DNA from: Candidatus Microgenomatus sp.
Lineage (GTDB): Bacteria > Patescibacteriota > Microgenomatia > UBA1400 > PJMF01
DNA length: 60,586 nt
Assembly (NCBI GenBank): GCA_020724725.1
Contig: DYGL01000001.1
Location: forward strand, 1-60,586
Reading direction: 5' to 3'
Part shown: positions 9,610 to 18,092 of the stretch, piece after piece
How positions within the stretch are numbered: the first letter of the stretch is position 1
Layout of the letters: each line of letters starts with the position of its first letter
Notes under the pieces: model-generated
Database searches by the model: none
The model's input: only the letters and a program-made list of their open reading frames with translations
Told to the model about the DNA's origin: nothing
Program-made: the position numbers and the translations under genes

Positions 9610-11244
9610 TTAAGTACTACGACGCTTTCTCACGACCAATCTTTTTTGTAGTTCCTTGACCAAACCAACAGCTGTTTCCACATCTCTGACCAAAGTTACA
9701 CCGTTCTTAACTGCCCATTTCTTGATGACTTGCTCATCAGATTTGGCTTCTTTAGTCTGATTGTCATATGGCAAGTTAATAACCAAGTCAAAAACATTTT
9801 GGCGCAGGATGTCTTCCAAAGATGGATAAAGATCTTTGTACATTTTGTGCACCATCACTGAGTGGATATTATGTTTTTTCAAAAATAAATGAGTGTTTTC
9901 AGTTGCATAGAACTGAAAGCCTAATTCAGCTAATTGTTTGATGCTTGGAAGCAAAGCTTTTTTATTCTTCTCTTCACCAATTGTCAGCAAAGCAAAGCGT
10001 TCATTGTCCTGAGCCAAACGCATTTGCAAGGTATAAATTTCGATGAAGCCTGCAGAAGCATTTTGGTTAAAGGTGTCATTCTTCATAAAGGTGGCCAATT
10101 TCTCATCAAAGATAGTATTAGCAGTTTCTACAGCCACCACTTCTGCCTGACCCTTAAATAATTTAACTGTTACTAAGCCACTCACCTTTTGATTGACTCT
10201 GTCAAGGTAGGCATTTAAATCATCCATCAAGGGTTCGTACCAAAGTGCTCCATAACACAAGTAAGCCCATTTAGTATCAACTAGCGACTTAAACTCGTTT
10301 TCTTCGCGAGTGGAAACATATTTTTCTAAATTAAAATGAGCGTTAATAATTATCTCGGCGGCTGGTGCTTCATAAAGACCTCTGACTTTAAGTCCCACTA
10401 AGCGATCTTCAATGTGATGGGTTACACCAACTCCGTGCTTAGCGCCGACTTTGTTTAAATGCATGATCAGATCTGCCAAACGCATCGGTTTACCATCAAC
10501 TTCCACTGGCAAACCTTTGACAAAGCGTAGTTTGACGTAAACTGGCTTGTCTGGAGTTTTTTCAATCACCCGACAAACTTGTAAAATTTTGTCCAGAGGT
10601 GGAATAAGGGCTGGATTCTCGATTTCACCACTTTCTCCAGTCACACCCCACATGTTGTCATCATAGGAATAAGGAGAGGCTTTGGTTTGCTTGACTGGAA
10701 TATTATGTTTTTTGGCGTAAGCCAACTCTTCATCGCGACCCATACTCCATTCGCGCACTGGAGCGATAATTTTCATTTCTGGTGCCAAAGTCAAAATCGA
10801 GCCCTCAATTCTAACTTGATCGTTGCCTTTACCCGTACAACCATGAGCGATAGTATCGGCCCCATATTCTCTGGCTACTTCGACGGCAATTTTGGATAAA
10901 AGAGGTCTGCCAAGCGGAGTGCTCATGTGATATTTACCTTGATAGCTGGCGTTGGCCTTAATGCCTTTGGCTAAATAGTGATAAGCAAATTCATTTTTGG
11001 CATCAATCACAATTGCCTCTTTTGCACCGAGCTTAAGAGCTTTCTTTCTAATTTCTTCCAAATCATCTGCTTGCTGACCAATATCAATAGTGAGGGCAAT
11101 CACTTCTGCCTCATAGGTGTCTTGAATCCACTTCAACATGACTGAGGTGTCTAAACCACCAGAATATAGTAGTACTACCTTGTGTACACTGCCCTTACGA
11201 CCCTCATAAGAAGAAACCTTAGTGTAAGTTGAAGCTTGTTGCAT
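9610..11244 (-). CDS. argG: argininosuccinate synthase fused to a C-terminal MGS-like domain
   Basis: ArgG motifs are YSGGLDTS, GCTGKGNDQVR, YSYDDNMWG and EDRLVGLKVRG. An extra ~130 aa (about 9613-10002) matches the MGS-like/CarB allosteric-domain pattern (LGFQFYATENTHLFLKKHNI...FDLVINLP...TLVRDVETA). Start set to the ATG at 11244, downstream of the recR terminator. Confidence 0.8.
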   Translation of the reverse strand: MQQASTYTKVSSYEGRKGSVHKVVLLYSGGLDTSVMLKWIQDTYEAEVIALTIDIGQQADDLEEIRKKALKLGAKEAIVIDAKNEFAYHYLAKGIKANASYQGKYHMSTPLGRPLLSKIAVEVAREYGADTIAHGCTGKGNDQVRIEGSILTLAPEMKIIAPVREWSMGRDEELAYAKKHNIPVKQTKASPYSYDDNMWGVTGESGEIENPALIPPLDKILQVCRVIEKTPDKPVYVKLRFVKGLPVEVDGKPMRLADLIMHLNKVGAKHGVGVTHHIEDRLVGLKVRGLYEAPAAEIIINAHFNLEKYVSTREENEFKSLVDTKWAYLCYGALWYEPLMDDLNAYLDRVNQKVSGLVTVKLFKGQAEVVAVETANTIFDEKLATFMKNDTFNQNASAGFIEIYTLQMRLAQDNERFALLTIGEEKNKKALLPSIKQLAELGFQFYATENTHLFLKKHNIHSVMVHKMYKDLYPSLEDILRQNVFDLVINLPYDNQTKEAKSDEQVIKKWAVKNGVTLVRDVETAVGLVKELQKRLVVRKRRST

Positions 11245-11284
11245 GAAAACTTTTCTTTCTTGTTTAACTAATGATTTTTGGGCA

Positions 11285-11319
11285 TAAAAAAAGAGCAAGG
11301 TTTTTAGGCCTTGCTCTTC
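11285..11319 (-). terminator. rho-independent terminator after recR
   Basis: The minus strand reads AAGAGCAAGG-CCTAAAAA-CCTTGCTCTT followed by TTTTTTAT. Confidence 0.65.
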
Positions 11320-11402
11320 ATGGATTCGCTAGTTTTTGGCTAATCTTGTTTTGCACCAAAAAGCCATTTTAATGGCAAAATTTGAATTAAACAAGTCGAA
11401 TT

Positions 11403-12014
11403 TTAAAGCTGTCTTCTGCCTTCTAATGCTCTAGCCAAAGTCACCCCATCAGCATACTCAATATCTGCTCCGATGGGTAAACCATGACCAATGCGCGTAA
11501 TACTTAATTGATCCTTGTTTGGTAGATTAGAATTAGCAATCATTTCTTTGATATAGAGAGCGGTAGCTTCACCTTCCATAGTTGGATTAGTGGCCAAAAT
11601 TAACTCTGTCACACCGTCTAGTCTCTTAAGTAAATCTCTTAAATACAACTGATCTGGACCAATGTTGCTAAGTGGAGCAATGCAACCATGCAAAACATGA
11701 TATAAGCCATGATATTTGTCTGATTTCTCGATAGCCAAAAGATCCAAAGGTTGCTCAACTACACAGATTGATTCAAGGTGACGGTTTGGGTCACTACAAA
11801 TAGAACAAGGGTTATGCTCGGCGATATTATGACAACTTTCACACATCACCGTCTCTCTCTTGAGAGCTAGTAGCTTATCAGCAAAATCTTCCAATTGAGA
11901 GCTAGGGTTATGAAGCAAATAAAAAACCAAGCGTTGCGCCAAACGTGGCCCAATGCCTGGCAAACGCTCGAATTTTTCCACTAGTTGGCGAACTGCTTTG
12001 GGCAATTTTTGCAT
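11403..12014 (-). CDS. recR: recombination protein RecR
   Basis: HhH (LPGIGPRLAQRL), a C4 zinc finger (CESCHN...CSICSD) and a Toprim region. Confidence 0.9.
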   Translation of the reverse strand: MQKLPKAVRQLVEKFERLPGIGPRLAQRLVFYLLHNPSSQLEDFADKLLALKRETVMCESCHNIAEHNPCSICSDPNRHLESICVVEQPLDLLAIEKSDKYHGLYHVLHGCIAPLSNIGPDQLYLRDLLKRLDGVTELILATNPTMEGEATALYIKEMIANSNLPNKDQLSITRIGHGLPIGADIEYADGVTLARALEGRRQL

Positions 12015-12016
12015 TT

Positions 12017-12724
12017 TTACTCTTCTCTATAATCAACCGACACATCCTCCAATTGATTTTCCCAATCTTTGGTTTGTTTTTTGGCTAAAAACTTTTCTGT
12101 AGCCGACCAAATTTGTCTCTCAACTTCTTCAGCGTTGACACTAGCATCAATAATTTGCCAACGTGAATGAGCTGAATACTTTTTCATATCATTTTTGGCA
12201 GTTTGCAAATAAGCCTGACGGACTTTCTCATGGAAATCTTTGGCCTCATAATCAATGCGGTTGGCACCTTCTTCACTCATGCGACGACCAAGACCAATTT
12301 CAACTGGAGCATCAAGTAAAAATGTAATATCTGGATAAGTTTTTTTTGTAGAAATATCATTAAGCTGGTCGATAATCTCCACCCCAAAACCTCTGACCAT
12401 GCCCTGATAAACCACACTACTGTCTCTAGAACGATCCATTACTACAATTTTGCCAAGTTCCAAAGAAGGTAGGACAATCTCTCGATAGATTTGGGCGCGA
12501 GCAGCTTGAAAAAGCAGAACTTCAGTTGTGTAAGCCATGCCAACATTTTTATTGGATAAAACTACTTCGCGAATTTGCTCACTAATTACTGTGCCACCAG
12601 GCTCACGCAAAACTACCACGTCTTTACCAGCCTTAATCAAGCGTTCTTTTAGCCTAACTACCTGTGTGGTCTTACCCACTCCCTCGCCACCTTCCAAAGT
12701 GATCAACAAACCTTTTGTTTTCAT
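12017..12724 (-). CDS. tmk: thymidylate kinase
   Basis: P-loop LEGGEGVGKTTQ, a DRS motif (MDRSRDSS) and a lid region. There is a ~25-aa C-terminal extension. Confidence 0.9.
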   Translation of the reverse strand: MKTKGLLITLEGGEGVGKTTQVVRLKERLIKAGKDVVVLREPGGTVISEQIREVVLSNKNVGMAYTTEVLLFQAARAQIYREIVLPSLELGKIVVMDRSRDSSVVYQGMVRGFGVEIIDQLNDISTKKTYPDITFLLDAPVEIGLGRRMSEEGANRIDYEAKDFHEKVRQAYLQTAKNDMKKYSAHSRWQIIDASVNAEEVERQIWSATEKFLAKKQTKDWENQLEDVSVDYREE

Positions 12725-12751
12725 TATTAATTCCCTTCTTCTTTTATAGTT

Positions 12752-13660
12752 CTAAACCCAAAAAACTGTCCCTCTTCCCAGAGTAGCATTTGCTGCATTG
12801 TTTTGCAAAACTGCCTGAGCTCTAGAAGATCCTACTTCCACTCCACCAGCAATTGCTAATTTGAGTTGCAAAAGTGAATCGTTTGACTTAAGTCCTCCAG
12901 TTATATTCCAAGCTACTTCATTGCCTACTTGTTGTCTAAATAAAGCCAATTTAGCTTTAAGTTTTTGTAAAGAAACACGACTATTTCGCCAATCTAAAAT
13001 CTCTTCTTTGAAAAAGTCAGTAATCCAAGGCTGTAGTGCAATTTCATAACCAACTTGGTTTTTCAAAAAACCGCGAATGATCGATAAAGCTTCAAAAGTG
13101 TGATTGTTTTTAGCCAAAACATCTTCCTCAGTCATATTGGGCTCAAGCTGAAAAAAACGAGGTTCACGATTGGCAAAAAGCTTGGCTTCCACCAAACGAG
13201 CCAAGAATTCGCCTTGAAAATCTGGACCGAGTTGCTTAACAAAGGAAAATAAGGTAGTAAATAACGATTCAAAATTTTTTAAAATGTTACCTTCAGTCAA
13301 ATTCAGAGTTTGTTCCTTAAGTTGGCTGAAATCGCCGTGAAACTGACCATTTACTTTGGCAAAAATCGTCTCTTCTACACTAAAACGTAGATTTAACTTG
13401 CGTTTTAGAATTTGCAGCATAACAATAAAATCGGCAAACTCTAATAATAATTCTTTACTAGGAGGTAATTTTTTCTTTTTCTCTTCTCTACTTCGTTCAA
13501 GTTTTGCTTGCTCAACTTCCCATTCTTTGACTTCAGTTAAAGTGTAATTAATCAAGGCAGTCGGAGAAGCCAATTGATTGGCCAAAATTAAAACTGGATG
13601 AGTTTCATCAGTGTAACCAACTTCAAATAATCTTGCTAATCCTTCTTGCTGACTTGCCAT
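12752..13660 (-). CDS. hypothetical all-alpha protein
   Basis: Start set to the ATG at 13660, 1 nt after the dut stop and preceded by AGGAAA. No confident domain; a weak MazG-like helix (EFADFIVMLQILKRKL). Confidence 0.5.
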   Translation of the reverse strand: MASQQEGLARLFEVGYTDETHPVLILANQLASPTALINYTLTEVKEWEVEQAKLERSREEKKKKLPPSKELLLEFADFIVMLQILKRKLNLRFSVEETIFAKVNGQFHGDFSQLKEQTLNLTEGNILKNFESLFTTLFSFVKQLGPDFQGEFLARLVEAKLFANREPRFFQLEPNMTEEDVLAKNNHTFEALSIIRGFLKNQVGYEIALQPWITDFFKEEILDWRNSRVSLQKLKAKLALFRQQVGNEVAWNITGGLKSNDSLLQLKLAIAGGVEVGSSRAQAVLQNNAANATLGRGTVFWV

Positions 13661-13661
13661 T

Positions 13662-14096
13662 TTATTTCCTGCCGGTACTCCCAAAGCCACCGCGGTTGTC
13701 AGCTGGCAAAACTGATAATTGCTCTAGTTTTATTTCCGGTCTTTTAAGAATCAGCATTTGCACTAAACGCTCGCCTTTTTCAATTTTAACGACCTGATCG
13801 CTGAAATTGTAAAGGGCGGCCAAATACTCATCACCATCACCTCGATAATCGTAATCCCCAATTCCAATACCATTAGCCATCAACAAGCCTTTTTTATGTA
13901 AAGAACTACGAGCAGATAATAAAACAAAATGATCTTCTGGAATCTGCAAAGCAACATTAAGTGGCACATAGGCTACTTGCCTAGGTTCGACCTGCATGGC
14001 CAAGCGACTATACAAATCCAGAGCTGCTGCTCCAGAGCTTTTATATTCTGGTAAAGGCAAACTTGAATCAAACAACTTGATTTGAACTTTAAGCAT
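13662..14096 (-). CDS. dut: dUTP diphosphatase (trimeric dUTPase)
   Basis: Motifs GAAALDLYS, GIGIGDYDYRG and a C-terminal GGFGSTG. Start moved to MLKVQIK. Confidence 0.85.
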   Translation of the reverse strand: MLKVQIKLFDSSLPLPEYKSSGAAALDLYSRLAMQVEPRQVAYVPLNVALQIPEDHFVLLSARSSLHKKGLLMANGIGIGDYDYRGDGDEYLAALYNFSDQVVKIEKGERLVQMLILKRPEIKLEQLSVLPADNRGGFGSTGRK

Positions 14097-14161
14097 TTTC
14101 TTGTTATCAAAACTAACGCATTGCGAGAAAAATAGCAACAGCTTCGTGTTAGCATAAGCTA

Positions 14162-14767
14162 ATGCTGATTGAAACTTTTAAGTTGGGAGCGCTTGATACT
14201 AACTGCTATCTTTTGTGGCAAGAAAATAAGACTGAGGCGGTAATTATCGATCCAGCCGATGATGGTGACTTTTTAAATGAAGAACTATTACGCCGCGGTT
14301 TACAACTTAAAACCATTGTTTTGACTCACGGTCATTTTGACCATTGCTTGGGTTTGTTGAGTTTGGCTAGTGCCTGGCAGGTACCTATCGCCATGCATTT
14401 TGCTGATCAATTTTTGCTTCAACAGGCTCAAGCCAGCGCCAAGCATTGGTTGAAAATAACCTGCGATCCAGTGCCTCCGGCTAATTTAGATTTGGGAAAA
14501 ATTAAAAACATCTCTCTAGTTGATCAAGAGTTTGAAATTATTCACACTCCTGGACATACTCCAGGGAGTATTTGTTTGCTTGACAGAGAAAATAAAATTT
14601 TATTTAGTGGCGACACTATTTTTGCCAATGGCAATCTTGGTCGCACTGATTTTGCCTATTCAAATCGCCAAGCAATGACCAAAAGCCTCAAAAAACTAAA
14701 TGATTTAAAAAAAGAAGGCTTGTATGGACAAGTTTTTGCCGGTCATGGAGAGAGTTTTTTTGTTTAA
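14162..14767 (+). CDS. MBL-fold metallo-hydrolase
   Basis: HxHxDH motif (THGHFDH), TPGHTPGS, and GD..F. Confidence 0.8.
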   Translation: MLIETFKLGALDTNCYLLWQENKTEAVIIDPADDGDFLNEELLRRGLQLKTIVLTHGHFDHCLGLLSLASAWQVPIAMHFADQFLLQQAQASAKHWLKITCDPVPPANLDLGKIKNISLVDQEFEIIHTPGHTPGSICLLDRENKILFSGDTIFANGNLGRTDFAYSNRQAMTKSLKKLNDLKKEGLYGQVFAGHGESFFV

Positions 14768-14790
14768 AAAAATGTTTATAATTAAAACCT

Positions 14791-15342
14791 ATGAATTGGT
14801 TAGTTTTCTTTAGCGTTCTGTCTTTCAGCGGTTATTTTTTAACCAATAAAAAACCCTTTAAATACAGTTTTCAAACCAATCTTGATCGAAAAATTAAAGC
14901 TGTGCCCCTTTTTGTCATACCTTATGTTTTGTTTTTCCCTCTTATCATATTTACCTACCTATATCTAGAAAACAATTTTAAAAATGATTTCGCCATAAGT
15001 TTAATTATAGGCAATCTAATGGCGACAATTTTTTGGCATCTTTTGCCAAACGGTGTGGTGAGAGAAGTTTTGCCAAGTCAAAGCTACCTAGCTCGATTAA
15101 TTAATTTTATCTATCGCCATGATGGCGACACCAATGGTTTCCCATCAGGGCATGTGTTCGTCAGTTTGCTTTGTAGTTATTATTTAAGCTTAACAACACC
15201 AAGCCTAGATTTGATCTTCTATCTGATTGGCGCAAGCATTTCTATTTCCACTGTGCTCACCAAACAACATTATCTTTTAGATATCTTAGGAGGAGTGATT
15301 TTTGCAATGCTGGCCATCCTGAGCACTCAGCTATTTTTCTAA
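14791..15342 (+). CDS. PAP2-family membrane phosphatase-like protein
   Basis: Polytopic membrane protein with FPSGHVF and a later HYLLD motif. Confidence 0.55.
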   Translation: MNWLVFFSVLSFSGYFLTNKKPFKYSFQTNLDRKIKAVPLFVIPYVLFFPLIIFTYLYLENNFKNDFAISLIIGNLMATIFWHLLPNGVVREVLPSQSYLARLINFIYRHDGDTNGFPSGHVFVSLLCSYYLSLTTPSLDLIFYLIGASISISTVLTKQHYLLDILGGVIFAMLAILSTQLFF

Positions 15343-15867
15343 GATTCTTTTGTAAAAAAAGGCAATTGTGCCGTTTTCATTCAATTTCTCTTGTTTGACC
15401 AAAGTGAACCTCTGATCCAAGTTTTCATTAAATAACTTAATGCCTTGACCAAAAACATAAGGCTCAACCGTTAAAATCAACTCATCCACCAAATTTCGTT
15501 GCATAAATAAAGTGTAAATTTGCGAGCCACCACATAAAGCCACTTCTTTAACACCTCGTTTAGCCAAATTACTGAGAATTTCCTCTGGACTTTCTCCAGT
15601 AAAAATCAGACTAGGATCTTGGAATTCAGAGTATTTTTCTTGGTGGCTGGTCATAACAATCATCTGACGCTCAGGTAAAGCACGTTTGATAGTTTCAAAA
15701 GTTTTGGAGCCCAAAATCATCGTGCCGATGGCTTTACTTTGACGGGTAAAAAACTGCCAATCTTCTTTGCTGGTCCAAGTAGTTGATGGCAAAGCTTCCT
15801 TGTCAGCTGGAGCAATAAAACCATCAATACTCATAGCTGCTATTAAAGTTACTTTAATGTTAGTCAT
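15331..15867 (-). CDS. dihydrofolate reductase family protein (RibD C-terminal-domain type)
   Basis: Motifs LIAAMSIDGFIA, ILGSKTFE and ALCGGSQIY. The ATG at 15867 is preceded by GGAGG and overlaps the upstream gene's stop by 8 nt. Confidence 0.7.
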   Translation of the reverse strand: MTNIKVTLIAAMSIDGFIAPADKEALPSTTWTSKEDWQFFTRQSKAIGTMILGSKTFETIKRALPERQMIVMTSHQEKYSEFQDPSLIFTGESPEEILSNLAKRGVKEVALCGGSQIYTLFMQRNLVDELILTVEPYVFGQGIKLFNENLDQRFTLVKQEKLNENGTIAFFYKRILEK

Positions 15868-16684
15868 GAGAATTTCCTCCTTTTTGCCAAGAAGCACTAT
15901 TTAATAATGGAGCATAAGCATCATCTGCTAATGCAATTTTGTTCGAAGCTAATTCTGTAGCACTTGGTTCATGGTCAACAAACTGTACTTTTTCGAGTTC
16001 GCTCGCAAGTGCCAAAGGTGTACGCTCGCCCACCTCCCCCATAGCAAATGTTGTTGCAACTCCTAAAGCTTCAGCGGCATTAACTTGAACCATGTGAATT
16101 TGGCGACCAAAAAGATCCTTTTGACCAATATGATTATTAAGACCTTTAAAACCACAGTAAGCTAAAGTTGTGCCCACCACTCCCCAACGAAGAGGAAAAG
16201 AGCGAGAGTCTGTGCTGATGACGCCAAAATTTTTGAGACCATATTTCTGACGACAATGATGCCAAACTTGGTTGAGTGTCGCCTGCAAATCTGTTGGCCA
16301 AAGCACGAAACATTCCTCACCGTCCAAATTGGCATTAGACTCATCAATGCCGGCATTAACCGCCAAAGTCGAATCTTTGATCGTCAACATTAAATCATAT
16401 TTAGAAGAGTGCGGATCAGTATAGAGTTCAGCTTCTTTTTGAACTAAAGCGTGCTTTTCAGCTCGTGCTTGTTCTTTGGAAAAACCTTGTATTTCACTTT
16501 GAGTTTTTTTGACTAGTCTACCCTGACAATAACTAATAATTTTGGAGCTAATGGCTAGGACTGAGTTTTCAGGCAAATGAGCCTGTAGTTTGGTATCCGC
16601 CGCAATAGACTCATCAATCACCTGTAAAAGATCATCATTGGCTTTTACTAAACGAGTTTGGAGAGCTTGAACTTGCATTGTCAC
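15860..16684 (-). CDS. CofE/FbiB-N family (F420-0:gamma-glutamyl ligase-like) protein
   Basis: By-eye match to CofE motifs: LAISSKIISYCQGR, NAGIDESNAN, VISTDSRSFPLRWG, and MGEVGERTPLALA. Confidence 0.7.
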   Translation of the reverse strand: MTMQVQALQTRLVKANDDLLQVIDESIAADTKLQAHLPENSVLAISSKIISYCQGRLVKKTQSEIQGFSKEQARAEKHALVQKEAELYTDPHSSKYDLMLTIKDSTLAVNAGIDESNANLDGEECFVLWPTDLQATLNQVWHHCRQKYGLKNFGVISTDSRSFPLRWGVVGTTLAYCGFKGLNNHIGQKDLFGRQIHMVQVNAAEALGVATTFAMGEVGERTPLALASELEKVQFVDHEPSATELASNKIALADDAYAPLLNSASWQKGGNSHD

Positions 16685-16741
16685 AATTATACATCAGTAA
16701 CACTTGCCTTCCCTGCCTACAATTGCTACATTAACCTTAAC

Positions 16742-17614
16742 ATGTCTCATCAACTTTCCCCCTACCAAAACTTACTCAAAGAAGTCTTAGAGACTGGTGC
16801 TCGTGGCCAGAGTCAGCAAGAAATCGACACGATCAGTAAAATTGCTCCAGCTCCACTGCGTTTTAAGTTGAGCGAAGGTTTTCCTATTATTACTGAGCGC
16901 AAAATTAGTGAAAAAATGTGGAAGGGTGCGATCGGAGAAATCATCGGCTTTATCAATGGTGCGCGCACTCAAGCTGAGCTAGAAACTTATGGCTGTCACT
17001 GGTGGAAAGCTTGGGTCACTGAAGCCAAATGTCACAAAAGAGGCTTGGAAACTGGCGACCTTGGCCCCGGCTCTTACGGCGCAGCTTTTCATGATTTTCC
17101 AACTAGTGAAGGTGGCACTTTCAATCAATTTAAAGAAATTATCGAACAAATTAAAGAGTTTCCTCATCTTAAAACTCACTTTATCAGTCCATGGATCCCT
17201 CAGTACACTATTCGTGGCACCGGCAAACAACAGAAAGTCGTCGTTTGTCCTTGTCATGGTTGGATTCACATTCGTGTCATTGATGGTAAATTAACCCTAC
17301 ACATGTTTCAGCGCAGTAGCGACGTGCCCATTGGTTTACCAGCTAATTTGGCTCAATACGCTGCCTTGACGATGATGATTGCGGAAGTAACTGGTTATGA
17401 GGCCTATGAATATGTGCACAGTTTCTCTGACGCTCATATTTTTGTCGACCAAGTTGATCACGTCAAAGAATTGTTGAAACGCGAAACTCGTCCACTTCCT
17501 CGCATGATTCTAAAAAATAAGAAAAAAAATCTTTTTGACTACCGCGTCGAAGATTTTGAGTTAGTTGATTACAACCCTCACCCTGGCATGTGGGACATTC
17601 CCGTAGCAGTTTAA
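16742..17614 (+). CDS. thyA: thymidylate synthase ThyA-family protein (divergent)
   Basis: Motifs YQNLLKEVLETG, GDLGPGSYG, CPCHGW (catalytic Cys), FQRSSDVPIGLPANLAQY, PLPRM, DYNPHPG and PVAV. Start set at MSHQL (ATG 16742). Confidence 0.8.
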   Translation: MSHQLSPYQNLLKEVLETGARGQSQQEIDTISKIAPAPLRFKLSEGFPIITERKISEKMWKGAIGEIIGFINGARTQAELETYGCHWWKAWVTEAKCHKRGLETGDLGPGSYGAAFHDFPTSEGGTFNQFKEIIEQIKEFPHLKTHFISPWIPQYTIRGTGKQQKVVVCPCHGWIHIRVIDGKLTLHMFQRSSDVPIGLPANLAQYAALTMMIAEVTGYEAYEYVHSFSDAHIFVDQVDHVKELLKRETRPLPRMILKNKKKNLFDYRVEDFELVDYNPHPGMWDIPVAV

Positions 17615-17616
17615 GT

Positions 17617-18087
17617 ATGGCAAAAAATAAAAATAACTTTATCAATCTAAACAATGCTCGCGAAGATGAGCAAATCGAGGTCATGCAAAAAATCGCTGAC
17701 CAAGCTCACTGTCCATTTTGTAGCGAGAACTTGCGACTTTATCATCAACAACCCATTCTGAAAGAAGGCCAATATTGGCTCCTTACCAAAAACCAATGGC
17801 CCTATGCTCACACCAAACATCATTTGCTTTTGATCTACAAAACTCACGCTAGCAAACTAACAGACTTAGAAGATCAGGCCGGAGCTGAACTTTTTGCTAT
17901 GATTAAAGAATTGGAACAAAAATTGAACTTTGAAGGTGGCGGACTCGCTCTCAGATTTGGAGACACTGACTTCTCTGCTGGCACAGTCAATCACTTGCAT
18001 GTGCAACTCATTATCCCAGACGCCATGGCTAAAGATTTTGAACCAGTCAGAGTGAAATTGGGCTTGCAGTGGGAAAAGAGAAAATAA
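17617..18087 (+). CDS. HIT-superfamily nucleotide hydrolase/transferase (HxHxQ variant)
   Basis: C-terminal NHLHVQLI and N-terminal CPFC. The start is 3 nt after the thyA stop. Confidence 0.75.
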   Translation: MAKNKNNFINLNNAREDEQIEVMQKIADQAHCPFCSENLRLYHQQPILKEGQYWLLTKNQWPYAHTKHHLLLIYKTHASKLTDLEDQAGAELFAMIKELEQKLNFEGGGLALRFGDTDFSAGTVNHLHVQLIIPDAMAKDFEPVRVKLGLQWEKRK

Positions 18088-18092
18088 AAAAA

